Shown piece by piece: positions 15,713-24,961 of a stretch of DNA of 31,083 nucleotides. Each line of letters begins with the position of its first letter. Positions within the stretch are counted from its first letter, which is position 1. The notes under the pieces were generated by a model, which was not told the origin of the DNA, did no database searches, and worked only from the letters and a program-made list of their open reading frames with translations. This DNA is from Gemmatimonadaceae bacterium (GTDB lineage: Bacteria; Gemmatimonadota; Gemmatimonadetes; Gemmatimonadales; Gemmatimonadaceae), in NCBI GenBank assembly GCA_040902005.1, contig JBBDYA010000036.1, positions 1 to 31,083 of the forward strand. Reading direction: 5' to 3'. A program made the position numbers and the translations under genes.

Positions 15713-16428
15713 AGCCCTGTCCCGATGGCGATGCGGACGCTGTCGCTGATCGTGCGTCCGTCTCTGGTATAGGCGGCACGGACGAACACGCTCCCGGTGT
15801 CGGTCCCGAGAACGATCAGGCGCGTGCCCGCCGACTGCGAGCCCGCGATCATCGAATCCACCGACACGCGCGCAGACACCTGGCCATTGGACGGGCTCGT
15901 CACCGCGAAGCGCATGAAGCCACCGGGGCTCACCGCGCCGCGCTCCCTCACGAACGTCGCCGTGACGTCTGATCCGCTTCCCGCCGTTGGTGCGACGACG
16001 ACCGGCGACGCCGTGACGTTCAGCCAGGTGGGAAGAGCCGGAACGAACACGATCGATTGCGTCCGGGCGACGCCCCCTGCCACCGCGGTCACGTTTATCA
16101 CCGCCGCATCCTGCGGGGCGCGCAGGAGCGCGCGCGCCTTCCCGCTGCTGTCTACCGGTACGGAGATGCTCGCCTGGCCATTGGTGAACGTGCTCCCCGT
16201 CGTGGTGAATGCCACCGCCGCGTTCGTTGTCTTGAAGGCCGTGTCGACGGTGGCGGTGAGCGTGTCGATGCGAACGTTGTCCGCCGTGTCGATGGACGCC
16301 GAGACCTCCAGAGAGATCAGGCCCCGATTGCCGGCTGCCGGCGACGAGCTGTCCGCGATACCGCACCCCGCACTTGCCAGTATGCCGACCAGCCGCACGA
16401 TGTCCGCTCTGAATAATTGTCTTGTCAC
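15709..16428 (-). CDS. Putative lipoprotein with Ig-like (Big_1-type) domains
   Basis: Lipobox-like LASAGC. Thr/Val-rich strands, VAFTTTGSTF...VDSSGKARALL. Confidence 0.75.
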   Translation of the reverse strand: MTRQLFRADIVRLVGILASAGCGIADSSSPAAGNRGLISLEVSASIDTADNVRIDTLTATVDTAFKTTNAAVAFTTTGSTFTNGQASISVPVDSSGKARALLRAPQDAAVINVTAVAGGVARTQSIVFVPALPTWLNVTASPVVVAPTAGSGSDVTATFVRERGAVSPGGFMRFAVTSPSNGQVSARVSVDSMIAGSQSAGTRLIVLGTDTGSVFVRAAYTRDGRTISDSVRIAIGTGL

Positions 16429-16681
16429 GTCGCTTCCGATGAGGGTTGACCAATGCGTGCGTGCTGCCGTGCGTTTTGGGCTCGCGCCCCCAAACTGTCA
16501 CACGAAAGCTTCTGACGCCAGACGCGTAAGTGCGTGTACGGTCGCACCTGTGGTTCACGGATATGAGCAAGCATTAATAATGCGCACTTCTGGGGCCTGC
16601 CCCGCTCCGCTCCTCGCGCGCGTACGTAGGGCGCCGAAAGCGGCGGCTAGGGGCTACGCGTCGAGATCACGTCTCCGGACC

Positions 16682-18670
16682 TCACCGCACGATAATGCGC
16701 ACCTCGGCGGTGTGCGGCGCGGGAGCGGCACGGCGCCGGAACGCGGGGGCGCCCTGGTCGAACGCGGTCAGGACGCGCAGCGTGTACTCGCCGGGCGCCG
16801 GCGTCCAGGCAAAATCGTAGGTCTCGCCCACGTTGATGCGCAGCCGCGCGGGCGTCTCCCGCGCCTGCGACGGCGGCAGATCCGCGCCGTCCTTCGCGAC
16901 CGCGCGCCACGGCTGCACCCCGCCGTCGGCGCCGAGCAGCGTCACGCGCTTGTCGTCGTCCGGGCTGATGTGCATGAACCGCAGGCGATACGTCTCACCT
17001 GCGCGCAGCGCGATCGGACTCGGCTCGGTCTCGCCGTTGATCGCCGCGGGGGGATCGTCACCGACGCCGAGTGACCCCAGCAGGAACACGCGGTCCCCTC
17101 CCCGCTCCGGGTCCCACGCCTGGCCGGGCTCCAGCACCAGCAGCGGACCGTACAGTCCCTGCGCCAGCTCGTGACCGGGCTCGCTGTGCACGTGATACAT
17201 GAAGGTGCCGGCGCGCGGCGGCGTCATGCGCACGCGAAACGAGTCGCGCGCGGCTACCGCCGGCACTGGCCGCCCCCCGCCGGGGAGTCCGCTCCACCCG
17301 GGAACGCCGTCCGCCCAGCTCTCCAGCTCCAGCCCGTGCCAGTGCACGCCCAGCGGCACGTCTGAGCGATTGTGCACCATGATCTCCGACGGCTCCCCCC
17401 GCCGCAGCATGATCAGGCTCCCGGGAAACTGGATAGAATCCGCCGCCGGTGCCCGCCCGTCGGACGCGAGCACAAAGCTGAATCCCGCGCCTGCGCCGCC
17501 CGCGCCGCTGCCACCGAAGACGCCGTCCCGACGGGTGATGTGCAGATCCAGTCGCCGCCGCGTGGCGGCATCGGACAGTCGGTACGCGGGATTCGGCCGC
17601 ACGTGGATGCCCAGCACGAGTCCGCCCAACAGATCCTCGCCGGCCGCGTCGTGCTCCGCGTGCCGATCCGGCGGCGCATTCGGCGCCGACGTCTGCAGCC
17701 AGGACATGTGCCGCATGAAGTGACAGTGAAACAGCCAGTTGCCGGGTTCCTGCGCGACCCACGACAGCCGCATGGACTCGGCGACGTCCAGCACCTCCGT
17801 GACCGCCAGGCGCCGCTCCGCGGGCGCGATCACCCGCTCGCGCAACTGGTTGCCGCGCGCGTCCAGCGAGAAGTACACGCCATGCAGGTGCATCGGGTGC
17901 GGCCGCCCCGTCGTGTTGATCACGCGCCAGCGCACCGTGTCGCCCTGCTGGTAGGTGAGCCGCTCGGTGTGTGGCCAGGACGCGCCGTTCACGAAGAATC
18001 GCGTGGCCGGCAAGAACGAGCCGGGAAGCGTGGGGTCGCCCCAGTGCGTGATCAGGAAAATGCGCTCGTCCGCGCGCACGGGCGCGTCGCGCTCGTCCAC
18101 GATCAGCACTCCCCACAGCGACCGGTCGGCGGCGCGAACCGGCAGTGGGCCCGCCGCCGGCGGTGGCGGCTGGGCGGGGTTGTAGGTGCGCGCGATGTAC
18201 ACCCACGTGCCGGGCTCCGTGGGCGTGAAGCGGAACTGCGTGTCGCCACCGGGTGCCACGACCACGGAATCGGCGCCGATCGCGGCGAAGGGAGCGGCGC
18301 TTGCCGGATACTTGCCGCGGTCGGTGAGACCGCGGAGCACCAGGAGGTCGTCGAGCGAGTTGCGCAGGGTGACCTGGACAGGAGTGCCGGCGCGCACGCG
18401 GATGAGCGGCCCCGGGGTTCGCGGCGCGGAGCCGTCCGCCGCGTACACGTGCGTGCGCAGCGCGGGTCCGTCCTCTTCCCATGGCCGCCACGCAGCTGCC
18501 TTCACCTCGAGGGTCACGTGCAGGACGCCGTTCTCCAGGCGGCCGGCGGGGGCGCGATAGTCCTCGAACGTGGCGCGTTCGAGTGACGCGCTGGCGAAGA
18601 GCGCCGGATTCTGCGCCTGCGCGGACGACAGGGCGGTCAGGGCAACGATTGCGAGGGCGCGGCAGAGCAT
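16682..18670 (-). CDS. Secreted multicopper oxidase-domain protein
   Basis: Signal peptide from MLCRALAIVAL. Motifs PGPLIRV, HPMHLHG, WLFHCHFMRH, VHWHG and FMYHVH. Confidence 0.9.
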   Translation of the reverse strand: MLCRALAIVALTALSSAQAQNPALFASASLERATFEDYRAPAGRLENGVLHVTLEVKAAAWRPWEEDGPALRTHVYAADGSAPRTPGPLIRVRAGTPVQVTLRNSLDDLLVLRGLTDRGKYPASAAPFAAIGADSVVVAPGGDTQFRFTPTEPGTWVYIARTYNPAQPPPPAAGPLPVRAADRSLWGVLIVDERDAPVRADERIFLITHWGDPTLPGSFLPATRFFVNGASWPHTERLTYQQGDTVRWRVINTTGRPHPMHLHGVYFSLDARGNQLRERVIAPAERRLAVTEVLDVAESMRLSWVAQEPGNWLFHCHFMRHMSWLQTSAPNAPPDRHAEHDAAGEDLLGGLVLGIHVRPNPAYRLSDAATRRRLDLHITRRDGVFGGSGAGGAGAGFSFVLASDGRAPAADSIQFPGSLIMLRRGEPSEIMVHNRSDVPLGVHWHGLELESWADGVPGWSGLPGGGRPVPAVAARDSFRVRMTPPRAGTFMYHVHSEPGHELAQGLYGPLLVLEPGQAWDPERGGDRVFLLGSLGVGDDPPAAINGETEPSPIALRAGETYRLRFMHISPDDDKRVTLLGADGGVQPWRAVAKDGADLPPSQARETPARLRINVGETYDFAWTPAPGEYTLRVLTAFDQGAPAFRRRAAPAPHTAEVRIIVR

Positions 18671-18892
18671 TCTGGAACGTACCTGCCGTACGCCGATCGC
18701 CACAAGCCGTGCCGAGCTGACGCGATGACGCGGCGGCATTGGCGAATGACGCGCGAATGACGCGGCCCGTCAACTCTGTTCCCGCAAAGGGGGCCGCCGA
18801 CGCCCGATGGCGACTACGTCCTGAACACGGCGTCCAGCGAGCTGATCGCGCCCAATGGCAAGCGAGTTACAGGTCTGCCGACCGACGTTGTC

Positions 18893-19498
18893 ATGGAGAT
18901 GGCTACCAGCTTCCAGAGCATCATCGACGACCCTGCGTCGCAGTGGGAGGGGGCACTTGCGGAGAATGGGGTTTCGAAACTCGACCAGGAGCCCGGAGGG
19001 TGCGGCGACCAGATCTGTGCAACGGGGGGCATTGGCGGCGTCGGAACGGTCGATGGCGACTTTGGTATCACCACGCTGTCATCGGGTGCCTGCGACGATC
19101 TCGCCAGAAGCATCTATGCAGAGACTCAGCAGTGGAAAAGTGCCAAAGAGCGGTTTGACTATCACGTCAGGGAGCTCTTCATGACCATTGGAAGCAATCA
19201 CCCGTACGCCCAGGTGTACCGAGCAACGCACTGGGTGGGCATGTCTGTCGCGTCTCGCGATGTCATCTTCTTTGATCTGAAGCTCGATATCCTTGCGACG
19301 CATTACAATCTCTATGATTGCTGGAAGCAGAACAGCCCACACTGGGCGCCGACAAGTTCCGGCCAGACGCTCCCCGGACCAAGCCTCGGCGGATCGACAA
19401 CCAAGTATGGCTGGGTCTGTACGACCAGGCTCGCGGTGGACGAAACCGGATTTCCGATTGGACCGGTTGAGACCTGCGAGTACATTTTCGGGGCATGA
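18893..19498 (+). CDS. Hypothetical protein, possibly N-terminally truncated
   Basis: 201-aa ORF whose frame stays open upstream to 18761. Stop overlaps the next ATG (ATGA). Confidence 0.6.
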   Translation: MEMATSFQSIIDDPASQWEGALAENGVSKLDQEPGGCGDQICATGGIGGVGTVDGDFGITTLSSGACDDLARSIYAETQQWKSAKERFDYHVRELFMTIGSNHPYAQVYRATHWVGMSVASRDVIFFDLKLDILATHYNLYDCWKQNSPHWAPTSSGQTLPGPSLGGSTTKYGWVCTTRLAVDETGFPIGPVETCEYIFGA

Positions 19499-19995
19499 GA
19501 CTGGACATCCTGTTTCTCGCGGCATCGGGCGCTGTGTCTGCGGCGCTCGTGCCGCCTGCCGTGCGCTCCCCGATGCTGCCTGAATTCTTCGTGATCCCCG
19601 CCCGGGACGGCATGACCTGCCGACCACTGCCCTACGTTCCCGTTCCTGGCGGGGAGGGCTACGAGTTCTGGATCGGACCCGAGGATCCACACGCATCCTT
19701 TCGGACGATTAGCGTGACGTACGCCAGCGAGGGTGAGCCCGTGGACCTGATCGAGACGCACTCCCGGCCTGCCTCGCACCCCGACGCCCTCGTCGTCGCG
19801 GCGCTCAGCCTGCGACTTCCAGAGGCTGCCGCGGGCTTCGTGGCGGTGATGAAGTACGGCGATGCCAGGGGACAGATGCCGCCGCCGATGCTGGCGACGA
19901 CACCTCTGTCACCGCAGCAGGTTGCGAAAGCTCATGTATTGGCAGCGTGGCTCTGGCAGCATCGGTGCGCGGGTTCCGTGCGTCCGCCAAACTGA
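19495..19995 (+). CDS. Hypothetical exported protein
   Basis: Hydrophobic N-terminus MRLDILFLAASGAVSAA, two Cys (near N- and C-termini), coupled to the upstream ORF. Confidence 0.6.
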   Translation: MRLDILFLAASGAVSAALVPPAVRSPMLPEFFVIPARDGMTCRPLPYVPVPGGEGYEFWIGPEDPHASFRTISVTYASEGEPVDLIETHSRPASHPDALVVAALSLRLPEAAAGFVAVMKYGDARGQMPPPMLATTPLSPQQVAKAHVLAAWLWQHRCAGSVRPPN

Positions 19996-20093
19996 GTCGC
20001 TACGCGCCGAGGTACAGCGTCAGCACGCGATGAAGCTGACCAACCGGGAGAACGCCTTCGGCAGGCCCTCCGATGACAGCCTAATTTGGTGCC

Positions 20094-20947
20094 ATGCCCA
20101 CGCCGCGATGGATGGTGCCGATGGCCGCGACCCTCACCCAGGACCGGTTCACCGGCCCCGAGTGGGTCTTCGAGCGGAAGTACGACGGCATCCGGCTGCT
20201 CGCGTTCCGGCAGGGGCGCGACGTGCGGCTGCTCTCCCGCAACCAGCGCCCGCAGGACCTCCCCCGCATCCGGGACGCCGTCCTCGCGCTCGACGCCCGC
20301 GAGCTGATCCTCGACGGTGAACTGGCGTGGTCCGGCGACCGGGTCGACGTGTTCGACGTCCTCTGGCTCGACGGCCGCGACCTCACCGCCCTGCCCCTGA
20401 TGGAACGGCTGAAGATCTCCGCTCGCTGGGCCTGCGCGCGCCGCTGGTGCGCGTCCCCCAGTTGACGGATGCCCAGCCGTGGGAGCGCGCATGCGCCGAG
20501 GGGTGGGAGGGGGTGATCGCGAAGCGTCGCGACTCGAAGTACGAGCATCGCCGCTCGCCGCACTGGCTCAAGATGAAGTGCGAGGCGTCGCAGGAGCTCG
20601 TGGTGGGCGGGTTCACCGACCCGCAGGGCTCGCGCGTGGGCTATGGCGCGCTGCTCGTGGGCTATTACGACGGCGACGACTTCGTCTTCGCGGGCAAGGT
20701 GGGCACCAGCCAGGGGAGGAAGGAACTGTTCGCCATGCGCGCGCGCCTCGACAAGCTCGAGATTAAGCGCTCGCCGTTCACGCGTGCAAAGGGGCTGCCG
20801 CGGTTGCGCGCGCACTGGGTGAGGCCGGAGATCGTGGTGCAGGTCTCGTTCATCGAGTGGACAAAGTACGACAAGCTGCGGCATTCTCGGCTCATCGCCA
20901 TCCGCACCGACAAGAAGCCGCGGGAGTGCGTCCGTGAAACGCCCTGA
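20094..20947 (+). pseudogene. ATP-dependent DNA ligase (LigD/LigC-type ligase domain) with a frameshift near 20416
   Basis: First frame: ERKYDGIR, ILDGEL, VFDVLWLDG. Second frame: EGVIAKR, WLKMK and the OB domain VVGGFTDPQG...AGKVGT...LRHSRL. One extra C at AAGATC^TCCGC restores ERLKILRSL. Confidence 0.85.
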
Positions 20948-21839
20948 CACGCGGAAGCGCGCCCGCGCTGACGCGGCGACGAGGCGCGTCGAGATCACGC
21001 ATCCGGACAAGGTGCTTTTTCCAGACGACGGCATCACCAAGGCCGACCTTGCCGAGTACTACCGCGCCATCGCGCCGGCGATGCTGCCGCACATCGTGGG
21101 TCGGCCGGTGACCCTCGAGCGCTTCAACCGCGGGATCACGGGTCCACAGGTCTACCAGAAGAACGTCGTCAAGGGATTTCCGTCCTGGCTCGAGCGCGTC
21201 GAGGTCCCCAAGAAGGACGGCTCGGTGCATCACGTGATCGTCAGGGACGAGCATGGGCTACAATGGCTGGCGAACCAGAACAGCATCACCCCGCACGTAT
21301 GGACGTCGCGTGTTCCGAAGGTGATGAAGCCCGACGTCGCCATCTTCGACCTCGATCCATCCGACGATGACGACGACAAGCTGCGCGCGGCGGCGCTGCT
21401 GCTGCGGGACGCCCTCGATGCGCTGGGGATGCGGAGCTGGGTGAAGACCTCCGGGTCGAAGGGACTGCACATCGCGGTGCCGCTGGACGCCAGGTCCGAC
21501 TATGGCGCGGTCGCCCGGTTCGCGCACGGCGTGGGCGCGCTGGTGACGAAACGCCACCCGACGCTCTTCACGCGCGAGTTCTACAAGAAGGACCGCGGCG
21601 ATCGCATCCTGGTGGACACGGGACGCAACGACTACAGCGCTACCTTTGCGGCGGCGTACGCGGTGCGTCCGCGGGCCGGCGCGCCGGTGTCGGCGCCCTG
21701 CACGTGGAAGGAGATCGAGCAGGGCACGGTTGGCCCCACAACGTTCACCCTGCGCAACCTGCCGGATCGCGTGGCAAAGCTTGGCGATCTCTGGGGCGAC
21801 CTCCTCACGACGAAGCAGACGCTTCGGAGGCGCGTCTAG
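20934..21839 (+). CDS. ligD: LigD primase-polymerase domain protein (NHEJ)
   Basis: ITHPDKVLFP...TKADLAEYY, RPVTLERF, FDLDP, KTSGSKGLH and YAVRPRAGAPVSAP. Confidence 0.92.
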   Translation: MKRPDTRKRARADAATRRVEITHPDKVLFPDDGITKADLAEYYRAIAPAMLPHIVGRPVTLERFNRGITGPQVYQKNVVKGFPSWLERVEVPKKDGSVHHVIVRDEHGLQWLANQNSITPHVWTSRVPKVMKPDVAIFDLDPSDDDDDKLRAAALLLRDALDALGMRSWVKTSGSKGLHIAVPLDARSDYGAVARFAHGVGALVTKRHPTLFTREFYKKDRGDRILVDTGRNDYSATFAAAYAVRPRAGAPVSAPCTWKEIEQGTVGPTTFTLRNLPDRVAKLGDLWGDLLTTKQTLRRRV

Positions 21840-21870
21840 CCGACGGGCGCTGCCGCTCCCGCCTCTCAGC

Positions 21871-24285
21871 TCAGAACCGCGCCCCCAGGTACAGGTCGAA
21901 TCGTGTCTGGCGCCGCGGATAGATCCCGCGCGCGACGTCCAGCCGGATCAGGCCGTCGAACGCCGAGAAGCCCACACCCACGCCGGACATCGGTCGCCCG
22001 ACCTCGGCCAGCGCCGTACGGTTCCCCACCCAGCCGATGTCTCCGAAGATCGCCGTGCGATACCCCACTTGCGACCGCGCAAGCTCGAGGCGCGTGAGCC
22101 AGAACGCGTTGCCGCTCTGCGCCGTGTCCGCGCTCTGGCCGCGCACGGTCTGCGTGCCGCCCAGGAACCAGCGCCGGTGCAACGGCACACCGCCGGCGCT
22201 GCTCCCGCCCGCGAGCGTGAGCGCCGCGGCAGCCCGTCCGTAGCCGCGCGATACGGTGACGTCCAGCGCTCCCCTTCCATAGGTGGAGTCACCGCTGGCA
22301 CCTTCCAGCCGCAGGTCGCTCACCGCCCGAAAGCCGCGCGGGTCCAGCCCGAACGTCCCCAGATGCCGCACCGACACGCCGCTCGACGTCAGCCGCGGCG
22401 CCAGAATATTCGGGATGAATGACCCGCCCACCGAGAACGTCGTGCGTGGCTCCGCGGGCATCTGCTTCTCGTGGAACGCGCGCCACTCCAACCGCGCGCC
22501 GCGCTCGGTGTTCCACAACAGCTCGGCGCCGCTCGCGCGGTAGTAGAACCCCTCGTCGCGGCCGAACAGGAACGCCGACACGGAGCTGCCGAAGCTCAGC
22601 GGGCTTCCCCAGTCGTTCGCGGACACAAGTCGCCGGTACCCGGTGACGCTCACCGTGCGGCTCATGTTCGTGCGCGCCAGCGATACCGCCCAGTTCCCTA
22701 CCCGGTCGGCCGTGCCCAGGCGGCCGGTCACCGCCGCGCTCAGTCCCGCGCCCAGCCGTTGCTCAACCGTGAGTCCGGTCGAGAACCCCTCCACCCGGTT
22801 GTAGCGCGTCATCGGCAAGCCATACACGATCTGTGCGCGCGGCAGCATGCCGAACGCGAACGGAGCCTGCGCCGCCATGGAGAGGGCATCCGCAAGTAAC
22901 TGGTCGCGCTCCGCATCGCCGAAGATCTCCTCCCCGGAGTCGTAGATCGATTCCGGCAGGTCGGCCGAGTTGATCAGCACGTCCAGGTCGCACGGCACGC
23001 GCACCTCCACGGGCAGGCGCGTGCGGTAGCGGTACTGCGTGACGACGCGGGTGTCCGCGCTGTCGCACTGCGCCATGGAGCCCACGCGCAGCCCCTGCTT
23101 TACGGAATCTGAACGCGCCTTGGTCGCGCCGGTGTACGCGATGCCCACGGAGTCGCGCCACTGCCGCGCCGCGGCCGTGTCAAGCCCGGGGGGTGGTGGC
23201 GGCCGCGTGGGGTTGTAGCGCACGGTGGTGTCCACGTGGATCGCCGCCAGCTCCAGCGCGCCGTTGACGCTGGCGTACTCGAATGCGTTGTCGAAGCGAA
23301 TCGGCACACGCGCGAATGCCGCTTCGGCAAGCCCCTCCATGGTCTGCGTCCGCGGAAGCCAGAAACGCCCCTCGTGCAGCCCGTACTCGACGACGATGGA
23401 CGACAGCTGGAACTGACTGCCGGAGAAGACGGCGCCGAGCATGAACATCGCGATCCTCGGCCCGACGGAATTCGAGTCCTCGCTGGAGACGCCAATCTGC
23501 GCCACAGCGGGCGCCGCGAGCCGGTACGCGGCGCGCACCAGCTGTCCCGAGGCGATGTCGAACCAGAGCGATCCCACCACGACATTCGGGCTGGGCGCGC
23601 GCGGACGCACCGCCATCTCCCGGAGCAGGAGCACTCGACCGTCCGGCAAGCGGAAGCTCACCGAGTCCCCCGAGCGGAACGTGTAGTACGCCTCGGCGCC
23701 GTCGGCGAGCGGGTGGATGACGTTGCGCTCGTCCACCGCCGCGCGCGCCGAGCCGCCGATCCAGAGCGTCTCGGAGCCGGGAAAGTACGGGATCGGCGAC
23801 ATCTCCGTGAATGTGAGAGACTCCTCGATCGACTTGCGCTCTTCCTCTGGCGACCCGATGAGCGGGATCGCCACGCGCCCGCCCGTCATCTCGATGCGAG
23901 CGCCCACGTCGCGCTGCCACAGCACCCGCGCCGCGCTCTCGCGCCGGTACAGGAGACGCTGCGGGCCCAGCCGTCCGATGCTGCCGGAGACGGAGAGCCG
24001 CTGCCGCACCTTCGCGTCATAGCTCATGAGCGAGGAGTCATGCGCGATCCGCGTGCGACGCGCACGGAGATAGAGGTCGCGCGTGGCGCCACTGGCAAAG
24101 GCCGAGGCCGCCAGCTCCGGCGTCACCGCGCGCCGGCGTGGGCCGGTGCGGGGCGTCGAGTCCGCCGGGGTGCTGTCGCGGACCACCGTCACCGTCTCGG
24201 GCCGCTGCTGAGGCAGGAAATGCGGCGCCACCGGCGCGACGGGTGCGATGGGGCCGGCACTCAGCGACAGCAGCAGTAGCAGCAT
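21871..24285 (-). CDS. Outer-membrane protein with C-terminal Omp85/surface-antigen-like beta-barrel
   Basis: Signal peptide, RYNRVEGF motif, FLGGTQTVRG (VRGY-like loop), GVGVGFS...IRLDVARG and terminal LYLGARF. Confidence 0.8.
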   Translation of the reverse strand: MLLLLLSLSAGPIAPVAPVAPHFLPQQRPETVTVVRDSTPADSTPRTGPRRRAVTPELAASAFASGATRDLYLRARRTRIAHDSSLMSYDAKVRQRLSVSGSIGRLGPQRLLYRRESAARVLWQRDVGARIEMTGGRVAIPLIGSPEEERKSIEESLTFTEMSPIPYFPGSETLWIGGSARAAVDERNVIHPLADGAEAYYTFRSGDSVSFRLPDGRVLLLREMAVRPRAPSPNVVVGSLWFDIASGQLVRAAYRLAAPAVAQIGVSSEDSNSVGPRIAMFMLGAVFSGSQFQLSSIVVEYGLHEGRFWLPRTQTMEGLAEAAFARVPIRFDNAFEYASVNGALELAAIHVDTTVRYNPTRPPPPPGLDTAAARQWRDSVGIAYTGATKARSDSVKQGLRVGSMAQCDSADTRVVTQYRYRTRLPVEVRVPCDLDVLINSADLPESIYDSGEEIFGDAERDQLLADALSMAAQAPFAFGMLPRAQIVYGLPMTRYNRVEGFSTGLTVEQRLGAGLSAAVTGRLGTADRVGNWAVSLARTNMSRTVSVTGYRRLVSANDWGSPLSFGSSVSAFLFGRDEGFYYRASGAELLWNTERGARLEWRAFHEKQMPAEPRTTFSVGGSFIPNILAPRLTSSGVSVRHLGTFGLDPRGFRAVSDLRLEGASGDSTYGRGALDVTVSRGYGRAAAALTLAGGSSAGGVPLHRRWFLGGTQTVRGQSADTAQSGNAFWLTRLELARSQVGYRTAIFGDIGWVGNRTALAEVGRPMSGVGVGFSAFDGLIRLDVARGIYPRRQTRFDLYLGARF

Positions 24286-24402
24286 GGGGAACTGAGTCCG
24301 GTCTCGGGGAGGGAACGTCTACATCTGTGATACGCGGCTGACCGCCGAGGGTTTCCTTCCGCTGGCGAAACCTCCCGAGCGATGTACGTCTCCCGCCAGA
24401 CG

Positions 24403-24493
24403 CATCGTATCAGAACTTGGACAGGCAGGGGCCTTTCCCATGAAGCGTCGTCTCAGAACTTGGACAAGCAGTTGTCTAAGTTTTGATACTACA
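24403..24493. repeat. Three copies of a 23-bp motif (two direct, one inverted)
   Basis: CATCGTATCAGAACTTGGACAGG (24403-24425) and CGTCGTCTCAGAACTTGGACAAG (24446-24468). On the minus strand, TGTAGTATCAAAACTTAGACAAC (24493-24471). Confidence 0.8.
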
Positions 24494-24614
24494 GTCGAGG
24501 AGACGCAGATGGCCACCTCGCCGGGTTCGCCCCGCCGTCAAAGTTCCGAAACGAAATGATCCCGCGCGCATGAAAATCTTCGATGCGCGAACCGCCGCCG
24601 TGCGAACGTCCGGC

Positions 24615-24959
24615 ATGACCCATCCAATCCCTCGCCGCCGGCACTCGCGACGCGCCGGCCCCGACGCGCCGCACATGTTCATCCGCCGCATGCTGTTCGA
24701 CCTGATCCTCGAGATCGTCCGCCGCGACCAGCTCGGCGACTACGCTCTCGCCCACGTCATCAACACCTCGCGCACCCGCGCGAGTAGCCTGATCAAGGGC
24801 CAGATCGTATCGTTCAACACCGAAACGCTGATCGACATCCTCGCGCGACTCGGGGTCTCCGTGGAGATTCGGGTGGCCCGCGTCCAGCTCTACGCTCGCC
24901 ACCACGTCAGTCGACCGAGGCCAGGGTGGAAACCATTCCCCAACACCGTATACGGCTGA
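24615..24959 (+). CDS. XRE-family (HTH_37-like) transcriptional regulator; start uncertain
   Basis: LAHVINTSRTRASSLIKGQIVSFNTETLIDILARLGVSVEIRV. Alternative in-frame ATGs at 24570 and 24675. Confidence 0.75.
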   Translation: MTHPIPRRRHSRRAGPDAPHMFIRRMLFDLILEIVRRDQLGDYALAHVINTSRTRASSLIKGQIVSFNTETLIDILARLGVSVEIRVARVQLYARHHVSRPRPGWKPFPNTVYG

Positions 24960-24961
24960 CC

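Noticed and set aside
14327..16570. 747-aa ORF in the track
   Set aside because: The N-terminal part overlaps the Ig-like lipoprotein in another frame. The real start is 15712.
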